From an uncultured Pelagibacteraceae bacterium (GTDB taxonomy: Bacteria; Pseudomonadota; Alphaproteobacteria; Pelagibacterales; AG-422-B15), in assembly GCA_902612095.1 (NCBI GenBank), contig CACMBZ010000003.1:38269-102268 (forward strand): 64,000 nucleotides of DNA, read 5' to 3'. The notes under the pieces were generated by a model that ran no database searches, was not told where the DNA came from, and worked only from the letters and a program-made list of their open reading frames with translations. Both the position numbers and the translations under genes were made by a program. Shown piece by piece: positions 49,258 through 57,859 of the stretch. The number at the start of each line of letters is the position of its first letter. Within the stretch, counting starts at the first letter, position 1.

Positions 49258-49530
49258 AAACCTGTATAAACTCCTTATGACCTGTGAGTGCTTTTACTAT
49301 CTTTGCCCATCTGTAATTTTTAACTTATTTTTCTATCTTTATTGAGAATTTTTGCAAACTTTGTTCACTTGTTAGAGATATTGGGGTTTTCTTCCACGTC
49401 GGTGTATAAAGTTAAAAAACATATAATTCAAAGCGATTGTTCTGTGTATCGAATTGTGGGCAAAAAGCGACTTTTTATATATACACAATTCCACAGGAAC
49501 ATAAACAACTACAATTATATATATAATATA
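49258..49530. other. Probable chromosomal replication origin (oriC)
   Basis: Longest intergenic gap in the window, directly upstream of hemE (the known alphaproteobacterial location). DnaA-box-like 9-mers at 49401-49409, 49443-49451, 49455-49463, 49479-49487 and 49487-49495, followed by an AT-only tract at 49513-49530. parS/parAB lie within 10 kb. Confidence 0.85.
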
Positions 49531-50517
49531 ATGAGTATATTTATTGATACACTTAAGGGTCAAAAAACAAACCCGACACCAGTTTGGTTAATGAGACAAG
49601 CGGGGAGACATTTGCCTGAATATATTACTATCAGAAAACAGTTTGCAAACCTTATGGATATGTTTCTTGATCCCATGACAATACTAGAGGTTTCCCTTCA
49701 GCCTGTAAACAGATACGGCATGGATGCCTGTATTGTGTTTTCAGATATTTTAATAACCCCTTTTGCTGCAGGCTCAACCGTAAGTTTTATTGAGGGGCAG
49801 GGTCCAGTAATAAAGTTTAATGAGAACATAAATTATAATCCTGAAAAAACCCTACCTCTTGCAACAGGAATAAAAAAAATTAAAGAAAATACAAATGTCC
49901 CCTTAATAGGGTTTGCTGGCGGAGTATGGACGACACTGTTTTATTGTTTATATGAAAAGAATGAACGCCAACAACTAAGATCTGAAGATGTTATAAAAAA
50001 GACTTCACAAATAGATAACTTAATCGATCAAATGACACATGCGATTATTCAACATGCAGAAATGCAAATTAATTGTGGGATTGATGCTTTTCAAATATTT
50101 GAATCAGCGGCAGAACACTTGAATGATGAACAATTCAATAAATGGTGTATTCAACCCACAGAAAAAATTATCAAGAGTATAAAAAAAATAAAAGACATCC
50201 CCATTATTGGCTTTCCTAGAAATACTAATCTTGCATGTTATAAAAAATATTCAAATATAGATAAGCTTGATTGTATTACCTTGGACTATAATTTTCCTTT
50301 AGATAAAATTAATAAACTAAACGATAAAATTGTTTTTCAAGGAAATCTGGATCCTAAACATCTATTAAAAGACTCCAAAAACCTTGGTCAAAAGATTGAA
50401 GAAATATTGTTTGCTTTTAGAGAAAGACCACATATTTTCAATTTAGGACACGGGGTTTTACCCGCTACATCTATTGAGAAGGTTGAGCAAATGCTCTTAC
50501 AGATAAGGTCAAAATGA
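49531..50517 (+). CDS. hemE: Uroporphyrinogen decarboxylase
   Basis: WLMRQAGR, FSDIL, QGNLDP and IFNLGHG motifs. True start is ATG 49531; the track's 63-codon extension crosses oriC. Confidence 0.96.
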   Translation: MSIFIDTLKGQKTNPTPVWLMRQAGRHLPEYITIRKQFANLMDMFLDPMTILEVSLQPVNRYGMDACIVFSDILITPFAAGSTVSFIEGQGPVIKFNENINYNPEKTLPLATGIKKIKENTNVPLIGFAGGVWTTLFYCLYEKNERQQLRSEDVIKKTSQIDNLIDQMTHAIIQHAEMQINCGIDAFQIFESAAEHLNDEQFNKWCIQPTEKIIKSIKKIKDIPIIGFPRNTNLACYKKYSNIDKLDCITLDYNFPLDKINKLNDKIVFQGNLDPKHLLKDSKNLGQKIEEILFAFRERPHIFNLGHGVLPATSIEKVEQMLLQIRSK

Positions 50518-51533
50518 AAACGGCAGTTGTTTTATTTAACTTGGGCGGACCAGACAAACAAGAAAGCGTAAAACCTTTTTTATTTAATCTATTTAATGAT
50601 CCTAATATATTTAGACTTCCAAATCCCTTTAGATATTTATTGGCAAAACTTATATCTTCTCGCCGCACCAAAGAGGCAACCGCAATTTATGCTGAAATAG
50701 GCGGTAAATCACCTATTCTTGAAATTACCAACTCTCAAGCAGAGGCCCTTCAGAAAGCGCTAAAAAACAAAGGCATCGAAAACAAAGTATTTGTTTGCAT
50801 GAGATATTGGCATCCAATGACAGCTGAGGTCGTTTCAAAAGTCAAAGACTATAACCCAGATAAAATATTTTTACTGCCCCTGTATCCACAGTACTCCACA
50901 ACAACAACAAAATCTTCTCTGGACGCGTGGTTCAAAGAAGCCCAAGACCAGGAATTAAATACAAAAACAAAATACACCTGTTGTTATCCATATGACGCGA
51001 AACTAATAAAAGCCCATCAAAAACTGATCCAAGACAAAATAAACCACATCAAAGATAAGAAAGTAAGAGTTCTTTTTTCCGCCCACAGTTTACCCGTGTC
51101 AATAATTAAAAAAGGAGACCCTTATCAGTGGCAAGTGGAGCAAACAGTTAAGGCGGTCATACAGGGCATTCATGGTTATGAAGATTATGTTTTGGCTTAC
51201 CAAAGTAAAGTTACTCCAGTTAAATGGCTTGAACCCACAACACCAAGTGAAATTGAAAATGCAATTAGTGAAGATAGGGCGCTGGTTATTGTTCCAATTG
51301 CATTTGTCTCGGATCACTCTGAAACACTCGTTGAATTAGACATTGAGTACCAAGAACTTGCAAGTGAACTAGGCTGTAAGCATTATTATAGATCTGAGTC
51401 TTTAAACATTGATCAAACATTTATAGAAAGCTTATCTGAAATAGTTAGTGAGTCAGAAAAAATTGAGAGCGGTAATATCAGGCAAAAAATATGTCCAGCA
51501 ACGTTTAAACAGTGTGATCAAGAATTAAGATGA
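50514..51533 (+). CDS. hemH: Ferrochelatase
   Basis: NLGGP, LYPQYS, FSAHSLP and FVSDHSETL motifs. Confidence 0.97.
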   Translation: MKTAVVLFNLGGPDKQESVKPFLFNLFNDPNIFRLPNPFRYLLAKLISSRRTKEATAIYAEIGGKSPILEITNSQAEALQKALKNKGIENKVFVCMRYWHPMTAEVVSKVKDYNPDKIFLLPLYPQYSTTTTKSSLDAWFKEAQDQELNTKTKYTCCYPYDAKLIKAHQKLIQDKINHIKDKKVRVLFSAHSLPVSIIKKGDPYQWQVEQTVKAVIQGIHGYEDYVLAYQSKVTPVKWLEPTTPSEIENAISEDRALVIVPIAFVSDHSETLVELDIEYQELASELGCKHYYRSESLNIDQTFIESLSEIVSESEKIESGNIRQKICPATFKQCDQELR

Positions 51534-51973
51534 ATTCAATTTTTTTATATAATTTATTTCTTAGTTTACATATTATCAGTGTGATAGCTTGGATGGCGGG
51601 TTTATTATATTTGCCAAGATTATTTGTGTATCATTGGAGTAAAGAGGTAGGGTCTGACTCGTCAGAGACTTTTAAATTAATGGAATTACGTTTACTTAAA
51701 ATTATTATGAATCCAGCAATGATATTTTCATGGTTGTTTGGTTTAGCGTTGATATCAAATTTGGGTATTGATGCGCTGCTTCAACTATGGCTTCAATTAA
51801 AAATCATATTTGTGATTCTCATGTCTGGAGTTCATGGGTATTTCTCAAAATTAACTAGAGAGTTTCAAGAGGATAAAAGGCCAAAATCAGAGCGTTTTTT
51901 TAGAATTATCAATGAATTTCCAACGGTTTTGATGATAATTGTCGTATTTCTGGTTATTTTTAAACCAATATAA
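51530..51973 (+). CDS. hemJ: Protoporphyrinogen oxidase HemJ
   Basis: LHIISVIAWMAGLLYLPRLFVYH, IMNPA and RIINEFP motifs. Confidence 0.96.
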   Translation: MNSIFLYNLFLSLHIISVIAWMAGLLYLPRLFVYHWSKEVGSDSSETFKLMELRLLKIIMNPAMIFSWLFGLALISNLGIDALLQLWLQLKIIFVILMSGVHGYFSKLTREFQEDKRPKSERFFRIINEFPTVLMIIVVFLVIFKPI

Positions 51974-51976
51974 AAC

Positions 51977-52005
51977 TTGCTATATTTAACGATTACGGTT
52001 AGAAA
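51977..52005 (+). promoter_or_regulatory. Putative rho promoter
   Basis: TTGCTA-N17-TAGAAA, followed by a C-rich leader. Confidence 0.45.
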
Positions 52006-52049
52006 GCAGCTTCCAAACTATTTCCACATTATCATCATCATTAATAAGT

Positions 52050-53315
52050 ATGGCTAAAAACTTAAAATTAAGAGACCTTAAGAAAAAAACTCCACAAGAA
52101 CTTCTTGTTTATGCGGAGGAACTTGGCGTTGAAAATGCCAGTTCAATGCGTACACAAGATATGCTGTTTGAAATACTGAAAACTCTTGCGAGTGACAGCA
52201 AAGATATTGACGGTGAAGGAGTTTTAGAAGTTTTACAGGATGGGTTTGGTTTTTTAAGATCAATGGAGGCCAATTATCTCCCGGGTCCTGATGATATTTA
52301 TGTAAGTCCAAGTCAAATCAAAAGATTTGGATTAAGATCAGGAGACACTGTTGAAGGTCCAATTAGGGCACCAAAGGACGGTGAACGTTATTTTGCATTA
52401 TTAAAAATTGATACCATCAATTACGAAGAAACCGAAAAAAGTAGAAACAAAATTAACTTTGATAACCTGACACCTCTTTATCCTGATGAGCAAATCAGAT
52501 TAGAAACTGAAAAACCAGCTAGTGATCAAAGTTCTAGAGTAATCGATTTGGTTGCGCCAATTGGCAAGGGTCAAAGGGCACTTATTGTTTCACCCCCAAG
52601 AACTGGTAAAACGGTATTACTTCAAAATATTGCACATTCAATTACTGATAATCACCCAGAATGTTATTTGATGGTTTTATTAATTGATGAGAGACCAGAG
52701 GAAGTTACTGACATGCAACGCTCTGTCAAAGGAGAGGTTGTCAGCTCAACATTTGATGAGCCCGCATCACGTCACGTGCAGGTTGCTGAAATGGTTATCA
52801 ATAAAGCAAAAAGATTAGTAGAGCATAAAAAGGATGTTGTTATTCTTTTAGACTCCATTACAAGATTGGGTCGTGCTTACAATACAGTTGTTCCAAGTTC
52901 AGGAAAAGTATTAACAGGTGGTGTTGATGCAAACGCACTACAGAGACCAAAGAGATTTTTTGGTGCAGCTAGAAATATTGAGGATGGCGGCTCACTGACT
53001 ATTATTTCAACAGCCCTTATTGATACAGGAAGTAGAATGGACGAGGTAATTTTTGAGGAATTTAAAGGAACTGGTAACTCAGAAATCATACTGGATAGAA
53101 AAGTTGCTGATAAAAGAATATATCCTGCAATTGATATTACTAAGTCCGGTACTCGAAAAGAAGAGATACTTCTTGATAAGGATGAGCTTCAAAAAATGTA
53201 TGTTCTTAGACGTATTCTTAACCCAATGGGAACAATGGACTCCATTGAATTCTTACTTGGAAAACTGAAAGAAACTAAAGATAATTCCGATTTCTTCCAG
53301 TCAATGAATAAGTAA
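52050..53315 (+). CDS. rho: Transcription termination factor Rho
   Basis: [23 protein letters not shown] and [10 protein letters not shown] motifs. Confidence 0.99.
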   Translation: MAKNLKLRDLKKKTPQELLVYAEELGVENASSMRTQDMLFEILKTLASDSKDIDGEGVLEVLQDGFGFLRSMEANYLPGPDDIYVSPSQIKRFGLRSGDTVEGPIRAPKDGERYFALLKIDTINYEETEKSRNKINFDNLTPLYPDEQIRLETEKPASDQSSRVIDLVAPIGKGQRALIVSPPRTGKTVLLQNIAHSITDNHPECYLMVLLIDERPEEVTDMQRSVKGEVVSSTFDEPASRHVQVAEMVINKAKRLVEHKKDVVILLDSITRLGRAYNTVVPSSGKVLTGGVDANALQRPKRFFGAARNIEDGGSLTIISTALIDTGSRMDEVIFEEFKGTGNSEIILDRKVADKRIYPAIDITKSGTRKEEILLDKDELQKMYVLRRILNPMGTMDSIEFLLGKLKETKDNSDFFQSMNK

Positions 53316-53316
53316 A

Positions 53317-53856
53317 CTATCCTTCTGCCTTCATCAAAGACCTTACCTGATAACTTTTAGAAATTTTTTTTGAGCCTTCAAGGTTCCATAAATCAATTAT
53401 CATAAAAAATTCAATTTTTTTAACTCCAAGTTTTGAAATTAGCTTTGCAGCCGCGCTAGCTGTTCCGCCGGTTGCAATTAAGTCATCGATAATCAAAACC
53501 TTATCTCTAGAGGTGATAGAGTGTTTGTGTACCTGGATTTCATCCATTCCATACTCTAGCTTGTATTTTTGTTTGACTATTTTTCCTGGAAGTTTCCCTT
53601 TTTTTCTTATTGGAATAAAAGGTAAGCCAAGCTTGTAGGCAACAGCTGATCCAAAGATGAAGCCTCTCGCTTCTATACCAGCTACTTTAGTAAATTTATT
53701 TTTTTTACAATATTTAGAAATTTCATTAACAACTTCGGTAAAAAGCCTCCTACTGTCTGTGATTGAAGTGATATCTTGAAACTGAATTCCTTTTTTTGGA
53801 AAATTAGGAATTACTCTAATTTTCTTTTCAAGATTATTTTTTAGTTTTTTGTTCAA
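53317..53856 (-). CDS. apt: Adenine phosphoribosyltransferase
   Basis: FPKKGIQFQDIT, IEARGF, RKKGKLP and IIDDLIATGGT motifs. Confidence 0.97.
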   Translation of the reverse strand: MNKKLKNNLEKKIRVIPNFPKKGIQFQDITSITDSRRLFTEVVNEISKYCKKNKFTKVAGIEARGFIFGSAVAYKLGLPFIPIRKKGKLPGKIVKQKYKLEYGMDEIQVHKHSITSRDKVLIIDDLIATGGTASAAAKLISKLGVKKIEFFMIIDLWNLEGSKKISKSYQVRSLMKAEG

Positions 53857-54289
53857 TGTTCAGTAAATTTCTTTTGGTACTTAATCCACCCACTGATGTA
53901 AATCCTGTGAGTTTGCCGTCACTTCCAACTACTCTGTGACACGGAATTGTCATCATTAGATTATTTTTTCCTAAGGCTCCCCCAACAGCTCGGGGCGAAG
54001 TTCTTAACTTCCTTGCAATGTCCCCATAAGTTGTTGTTCTTCCATAAGGTATCCCTCGTAAATAATTCCAAACACGGTTTTGAAATTTTGTGCCCATTTG
54101 TCTTGTTGGAAAATTAAGGGATCGCCTTTTGCGCGCAAGATACATTTTAATTTGAAGTGCAGACCTTTTTAAAAGCTTATCCTCTGTTTTGTTAGGCTTT
54201 TTCCTTGTTCTATGAACTGCAATTATTCTATTTTTGCTTGAGACAAGCTCAATATTGCCAATGATTGATTTGAAAACGTAGCTGCTCAT
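53834..54289 (-). CDS. ogt: Methylated-DNA-protein-cysteine methyltransferase
   Basis: IPYG.T.TY, RAVG and active-site IPCHRV motifs. Confidence 0.93.
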   Translation of the reverse strand: MSSYVFKSIIGNIELVSSKNRIIAVHRTRKKPNKTEDKLLKRSALQIKMYLARKRRSLNFPTRQMGTKFQNRVWNYLRGIPYGRTTTYGDIARKLRTSPRAVGGALGKNNLMMTIPCHRVVGSDGKLTGFTSVGGLSTKRNLLNIEQKTKK

Positions 54290-54300
54290 ATATATAAGAT

Positions 54301-54308
54301 ATTATAAT
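54301..54308. promoter_or_regulatory. Putative bidirectional -10 element
   Basis: Palindrome ATTATAAT gives TATAAT on both strands, 11 nt from each flanking start codon. Confidence 0.55.
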
Positions 54309-54319
54309 TTTTTGACCTT

Positions 54320-54640
54320 ATGACTAACAAATTTTTTGAAAGACACGTATTTTTTTGCACAAACCAAAGACCTGAAGGTCACCCAAAAGGTTGTTGTGCT
54401 TCTAAAAATTCAACAGTGCTACGAGCCTATATGAAGAAAAAAACAAAAGAATTAGTCTCCGATAAGAAAATAAGGATAAATGCGTCAGGCTGTTTGGATC
54501 ATTGTGAATTTGGCCCTACACTTGTTGTTTATCCAGATAATGTTTGGTACTCGTGTAAAACAGAAGAAGAGGTGGACGAAGTAATCAATGAGCACCTAAT
54601 CAACGACCGTATTGCCGAAAATCTTCAAATAAAAAAATGA
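54320..54640 (+). CDS. Thioredoxin-like [2Fe-2S] ferredoxin
   Basis: HVFFCTNQR...CC, GCLDHCEFGP and VYPDNVWY motifs. Confidence 0.9.
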   Translation: MTNKFFERHVFFCTNQRPEGHPKGCCASKNSTVLRAYMKKKTKELVSDKKIRINASGCLDHCEFGPTLVVYPDNVWYSCKTEEEVDEVINEHLINDRIAENLQIKK

Positions 54641-55932
54641 CAATTTTTGCACTATCAACGGCCAGCGGTGTTGCGGGGTTAGCGGTTGTAAGAGTCTCAG
54701 GACATCTAGCACTTACTGCCCTTAAAACAATTTCAAGAAAGAGTCACTTCGATCCAAACGTCTTAACAAAATCAGAATTTTATGATCCAGAAAGTGGCAA
54801 TTTAATTGACAGGGGTCTTGCTGTATTTTTCTCAAAACCCAAAAGTTTCACAGGTGAAGATGTTGTTGAGTTTCATGTTCATGGCGGCCATACAACTGTT
54901 CAGCTTTTACTCAAATCACTTTCTAACATTGATCAGTTAAGACTTGCTCAACCCGGTGAATTTTCAAAAAGAGCATTTGTGAATAACAAAATGGATCTTA
55001 CAGCAATTGAAGCCATGGGTGATTTAATTAATGCGCAAACTGAAATTCAACATAATCAAGCACTGTCCCAGATGAACGGTTCACTGAATAAATTATATTT
55101 ATCATGGAGAAAGTCTCTAATAGAGTTAGTTGCTTACCTCGAAGTGGATATAGATTTTGCAGATGAAGATATTCCTGAGAATGTTCTTAACAATATAAAT
55201 TCAAAAATTGAAAAACTTTTAGGCGAAATGAATGAACACTTAAAACAACGTAATCAAGGAGAAATATTAAGAGACGGTTATAAAGTTGCTATCATTGGAT
55301 CTCCAAATGTTGGTAAATCAAGTTTGATAAACTCACTTGCTAATCGTGATGTTGCAATTGTGTCTGATAGGGAGGGCACGACCAGAGACGCGATTGAAGT
55401 AAGGCTAAATATTGCTGGATTTCCAGTCATTTTAACAGACACTGCGGGCTTGAGAGATACTGAGGATGAGATTGAAAAAAAAGGAATTGAAATAACTCAA
55501 AGTAAAATTAAAGAAGCAAATTTAGTTTTGGAATTATTTGATGATCCAAACAATATCGAGTTACATGAGGATCGTCTTATTGTTTTAAATAAATGTGACT
55601 TACACAATCATTACAAACAAGAAGGCTGTATCAATATTTCAGTTTCAAATGGAAGTGGTATTGAAAATTTAATCAATAAAATTGCTGAGCACGTATCAAG
55701 CAAATTCATAAGTTACACCGATACAATACCAACAAAGACTCGATACATTCTAGGTGTTCAAAATTCAATACAGAGTTTACTCAGTGCAAAAAGTATAGAT
55801 TTAAAAGTTAATTCTGAGCTTATGGTTGAAGAGTTAAGATTAGCCATTCAAGAAATCGGAAAAATAACTGGTCATGTTGATGTTGAAGAATATTTAGAAG
55901 TTATTTTTAAAGATTTTTGCATCGGTAAATAA
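54637..55932 (+). CDS. mnmE: tRNA modification GTPase MnmE
   Basis: SFTGED, GSPNVGKSS, GTTRD, DTAG and C-terminal FCIGK motifs. Confidence 0.98.
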   Translation: MTIFALSTASGVAGLAVVRVSGHLALTALKTISRKSHFDPNVLTKSEFYDPESGNLIDRGLAVFFSKPKSFTGEDVVEFHVHGGHTTVQLLLKSLSNIDQLRLAQPGEFSKRAFVNNKMDLTAIEAMGDLINAQTEIQHNQALSQMNGSLNKLYLSWRKSLIELVAYLEVDIDFADEDIPENVLNNINSKIEKLLGEMNEHLKQRNQGEILRDGYKVAIIGSPNVGKSSLINSLANRDVAIVSDREGTTRDAIEVRLNIAGFPVILTDTAGLRDTEDEIEKKGIEITQSKIKEANLVLELFDDPNNIELHEDRLIVLNKCDLHNHYKQEGCINISVSNGSGIENLINKIAEHVSSKFISYTDTIPTKTRYILGVQNSIQSLLSAKSIDLKVNSELMVEELRLAIQEIGKITGHVDVEEYLEVIFKDFCIGK

Positions 55933-55956
55933 CAAAATATTTGATTGCAATTAGTC

Positions 55957-55977
55957 TAAGTTAATTTAATTAACTTA
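55957..55977. repeat. Perfect 10-1-10 inverted repeat upstream of mnmG
   Basis: TAAGTTAATT-T-AATTAACTTA, ending 3 nt before ATG 55981. Confidence 0.55.
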
Positions 55978-55980
55978 ATC

Positions 55981-57849
55981 ATGACTAGTTATGATGTTGT
56001 TGTAGTTGGAGGAGGGCATGCTGGCTGTGAAGCCGCAACTACTTCTGCGCGTATTGGTGCAAAAACCCTCTTAATCAGCCATAAATTTGATACTATTGGG
56101 GAAATGTCCTGTAATCCTGCCATTGGTGGTCTTGGCAAAGGTCACTTAGTAAGGGAAATTGATGCACTGGATGGAATAATGGGGCGTATTGCCGATTTAT
56201 CAAGCATTCAATATAGATTACTCAATAGAACAAAAGGCCCTGCAGTAAGAGGACCAAGAGCTCAATCTGATAGAAAGCTCTATAAAAAACACATGCAGGA
56301 GGAGATTGAAAATACAAAGAATTTAGAACTCTTGTTTGATCCTGTAGAAGATTTAATTTTTGATAGTAACAAACAAATTGCTGGTGTGATTTGCGCAAGT
56401 GGTAAAAAAATATCTACTAAAAAAGTTATTATCACAACTGGTACATTTTTGAATGGCCTTATCCACTTAGGAGACAAAACTATTCCAGCTGGAAGACACG
56501 GCGATTCTCCCTCAATAGGACTTGCAGACTCACTCTATAAAACCGGCTTTAATATTGGACGTCTAAAAACTGGAACACCTGCGAGACTGGATAAAAATAC
56601 AATAGACTTCTCTAAGCTTGAAAAACAGGAGGCTGACGACGAGCACTCTTACTTTTCATTTTTAACTACAAAAACTCATAATGAACAATTACCGTGCCAC
56701 ATGACGTATACAAATGAGGCCGTTCACAATATAATTCAAAAAAATATAACAAAATCAGCTATTTACTCAGGTCAAATCAGTGGGACAGGTCCTAGATATT
56801 GCCCTTCTGTAGAAGATAAAGTTGTAAAATTTGCAGATAAATTGAGGCATCAAATTTTCTTAGAACCAGAAGGACTTGATAGTGATTTAATATATCCAAA
56901 TGGCATCTCAACCTCACTTCCGCCGGATGTACAAGACGAATTTATAAGTAAAATCAATGGTTTAGAGAATGCTAAAATAGTAAGGCACGGTTATGCGATT
57001 GAATATGATTTTATTGATCCACAAGAACTTTACCAAACATTGGAAACAAAAAAAATAAAAGGTCTTTATCTTGCTGGTCAAATAAACGGCACAACAGGTT
57101 ATGAGGAAGCTGCTGCGCAAGGGCTTGTAGCAGGTTTGAATGCTGCAATCTCCCTAAGTAATAAAGAACATGTTTTTTCAAGAAATGACTCATATATTGG
57201 AGTAATGATTGACGACTTAACCCTAAAGGGGGTTACTGAGCCTTATAGAATGTTTACTTCAAGGGCAGAATACAGATTGTTATTAAGAGCAGATAATGCA
57301 GATTTAAGATTAACAGAGGTTGGGTACAATTTAGGGTTAGTTGAAGCTGGCAGATATGAAAAGTATTCAGCTAAAAAAATTGAACTAGAAAAAGTCAATA
57401 AAATTGTTAAAAATCAATATGTTACACCTAATTCACTTTCAAAGATTGGAGTTCAAATTAATCAAGATGGCAAAAAAAGATCAGCTTTTGACTTATTAGC
57501 TTATCCTAATATCGATATTGATAAAATAGATGAGATCTTTGACTTAAATCTAAAGCAATATAGCAATGAAATTCTTAATCAAATAACAACAGAGGCTCAT
57601 TACAAAGGCTATCTTAAGAAGCAAGAAAGTGAGATCATTTCACTTACTAAAGAGGAAAAAGTTGAAATTCCCACTAATCTGAATTACGAATTAATTCCGA
57701 GTTTATCAACAGAAATTGTTGAAAAACTGACAAAAATTAAGCCTAAAAACTTATCTCAAGCATCAAGAATTGATGGAGTTACGCCTGCAGCTCTCAGTGT
57801 TATTTTATCATATATAAAAACCAAAGCTAAATCCCAAAAATTAGCTTAA
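55981..57849 (+). CDS. mnmG: tRNA uridine 5-carboxymethylaminomethyl modification enzyme
   Basis: GGGHAG, MSCNPAIGG, GPRYCPS and AGQINGTTGYEEA motifs. Confidence 0.99.
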   Translation: MTSYDVVVVGGGHAGCEAATTSARIGAKTLLISHKFDTIGEMSCNPAIGGLGKGHLVREIDALDGIMGRIADLSSIQYRLLNRTKGPAVRGPRAQSDRKLYKKHMQEEIENTKNLELLFDPVEDLIFDSNKQIAGVICASGKKISTKKVIITTGTFLNGLIHLGDKTIPAGRHGDSPSIGLADSLYKTGFNIGRLKTGTPARLDKNTIDFSKLEKQEADDEHSYFSFLTTKTHNEQLPCHMTYTNEAVHNIIQKNITKSAIYSGQISGTGPRYCPSVEDKVVKFADKLRHQIFLEPEGLDSDLIYPNGISTSLPPDVQDEFISKINGLENAKIVRHGYAIEYDFIDPQELYQTLETKKIKGLYLAGQINGTTGYEEAAAQGLVAGLNAAISLSNKEHVFSRNDSYIGVMIDDLTLKGVTEPYRMFTSRAEYRLLLRADNADLRLTEVGYNLGLVEAGRYEKYSAKKIELEKVNKIVKNQYVTPNSLSKIGVQINQDGKKRSAFDLLAYPNIDIDKIDEIFDLNLKQYSNEILNQITTEAHYKGYLKKQESEIISLTKEEKVEIPTNLNYELIPSLSTEIVEKLTKIKPKNLSQASRIDGVTPAALSVILSYIKTKAKSQKLA

Positions 57850-57859
57850 TATCAAAATA

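Noticed and set aside
49342-49530. 63-codon N-terminal extension of HemE, and the minus-strand ORF 49372-49563
   Set aside because: HemE homology begins at ATG 49531; the region is better explained as oriC.
49258-49530. CtrA (TTAA-N7-TTAAC) and IHF sites in oriC
   Set aside because: Only isolated half-sites or mis-spaced matches were found.
52025-52045. Fur-box-like ATTATCATCATCATT upstream of rho
   Set aside because: Weak, non-palindromic match; better explained as a C-rich leader.
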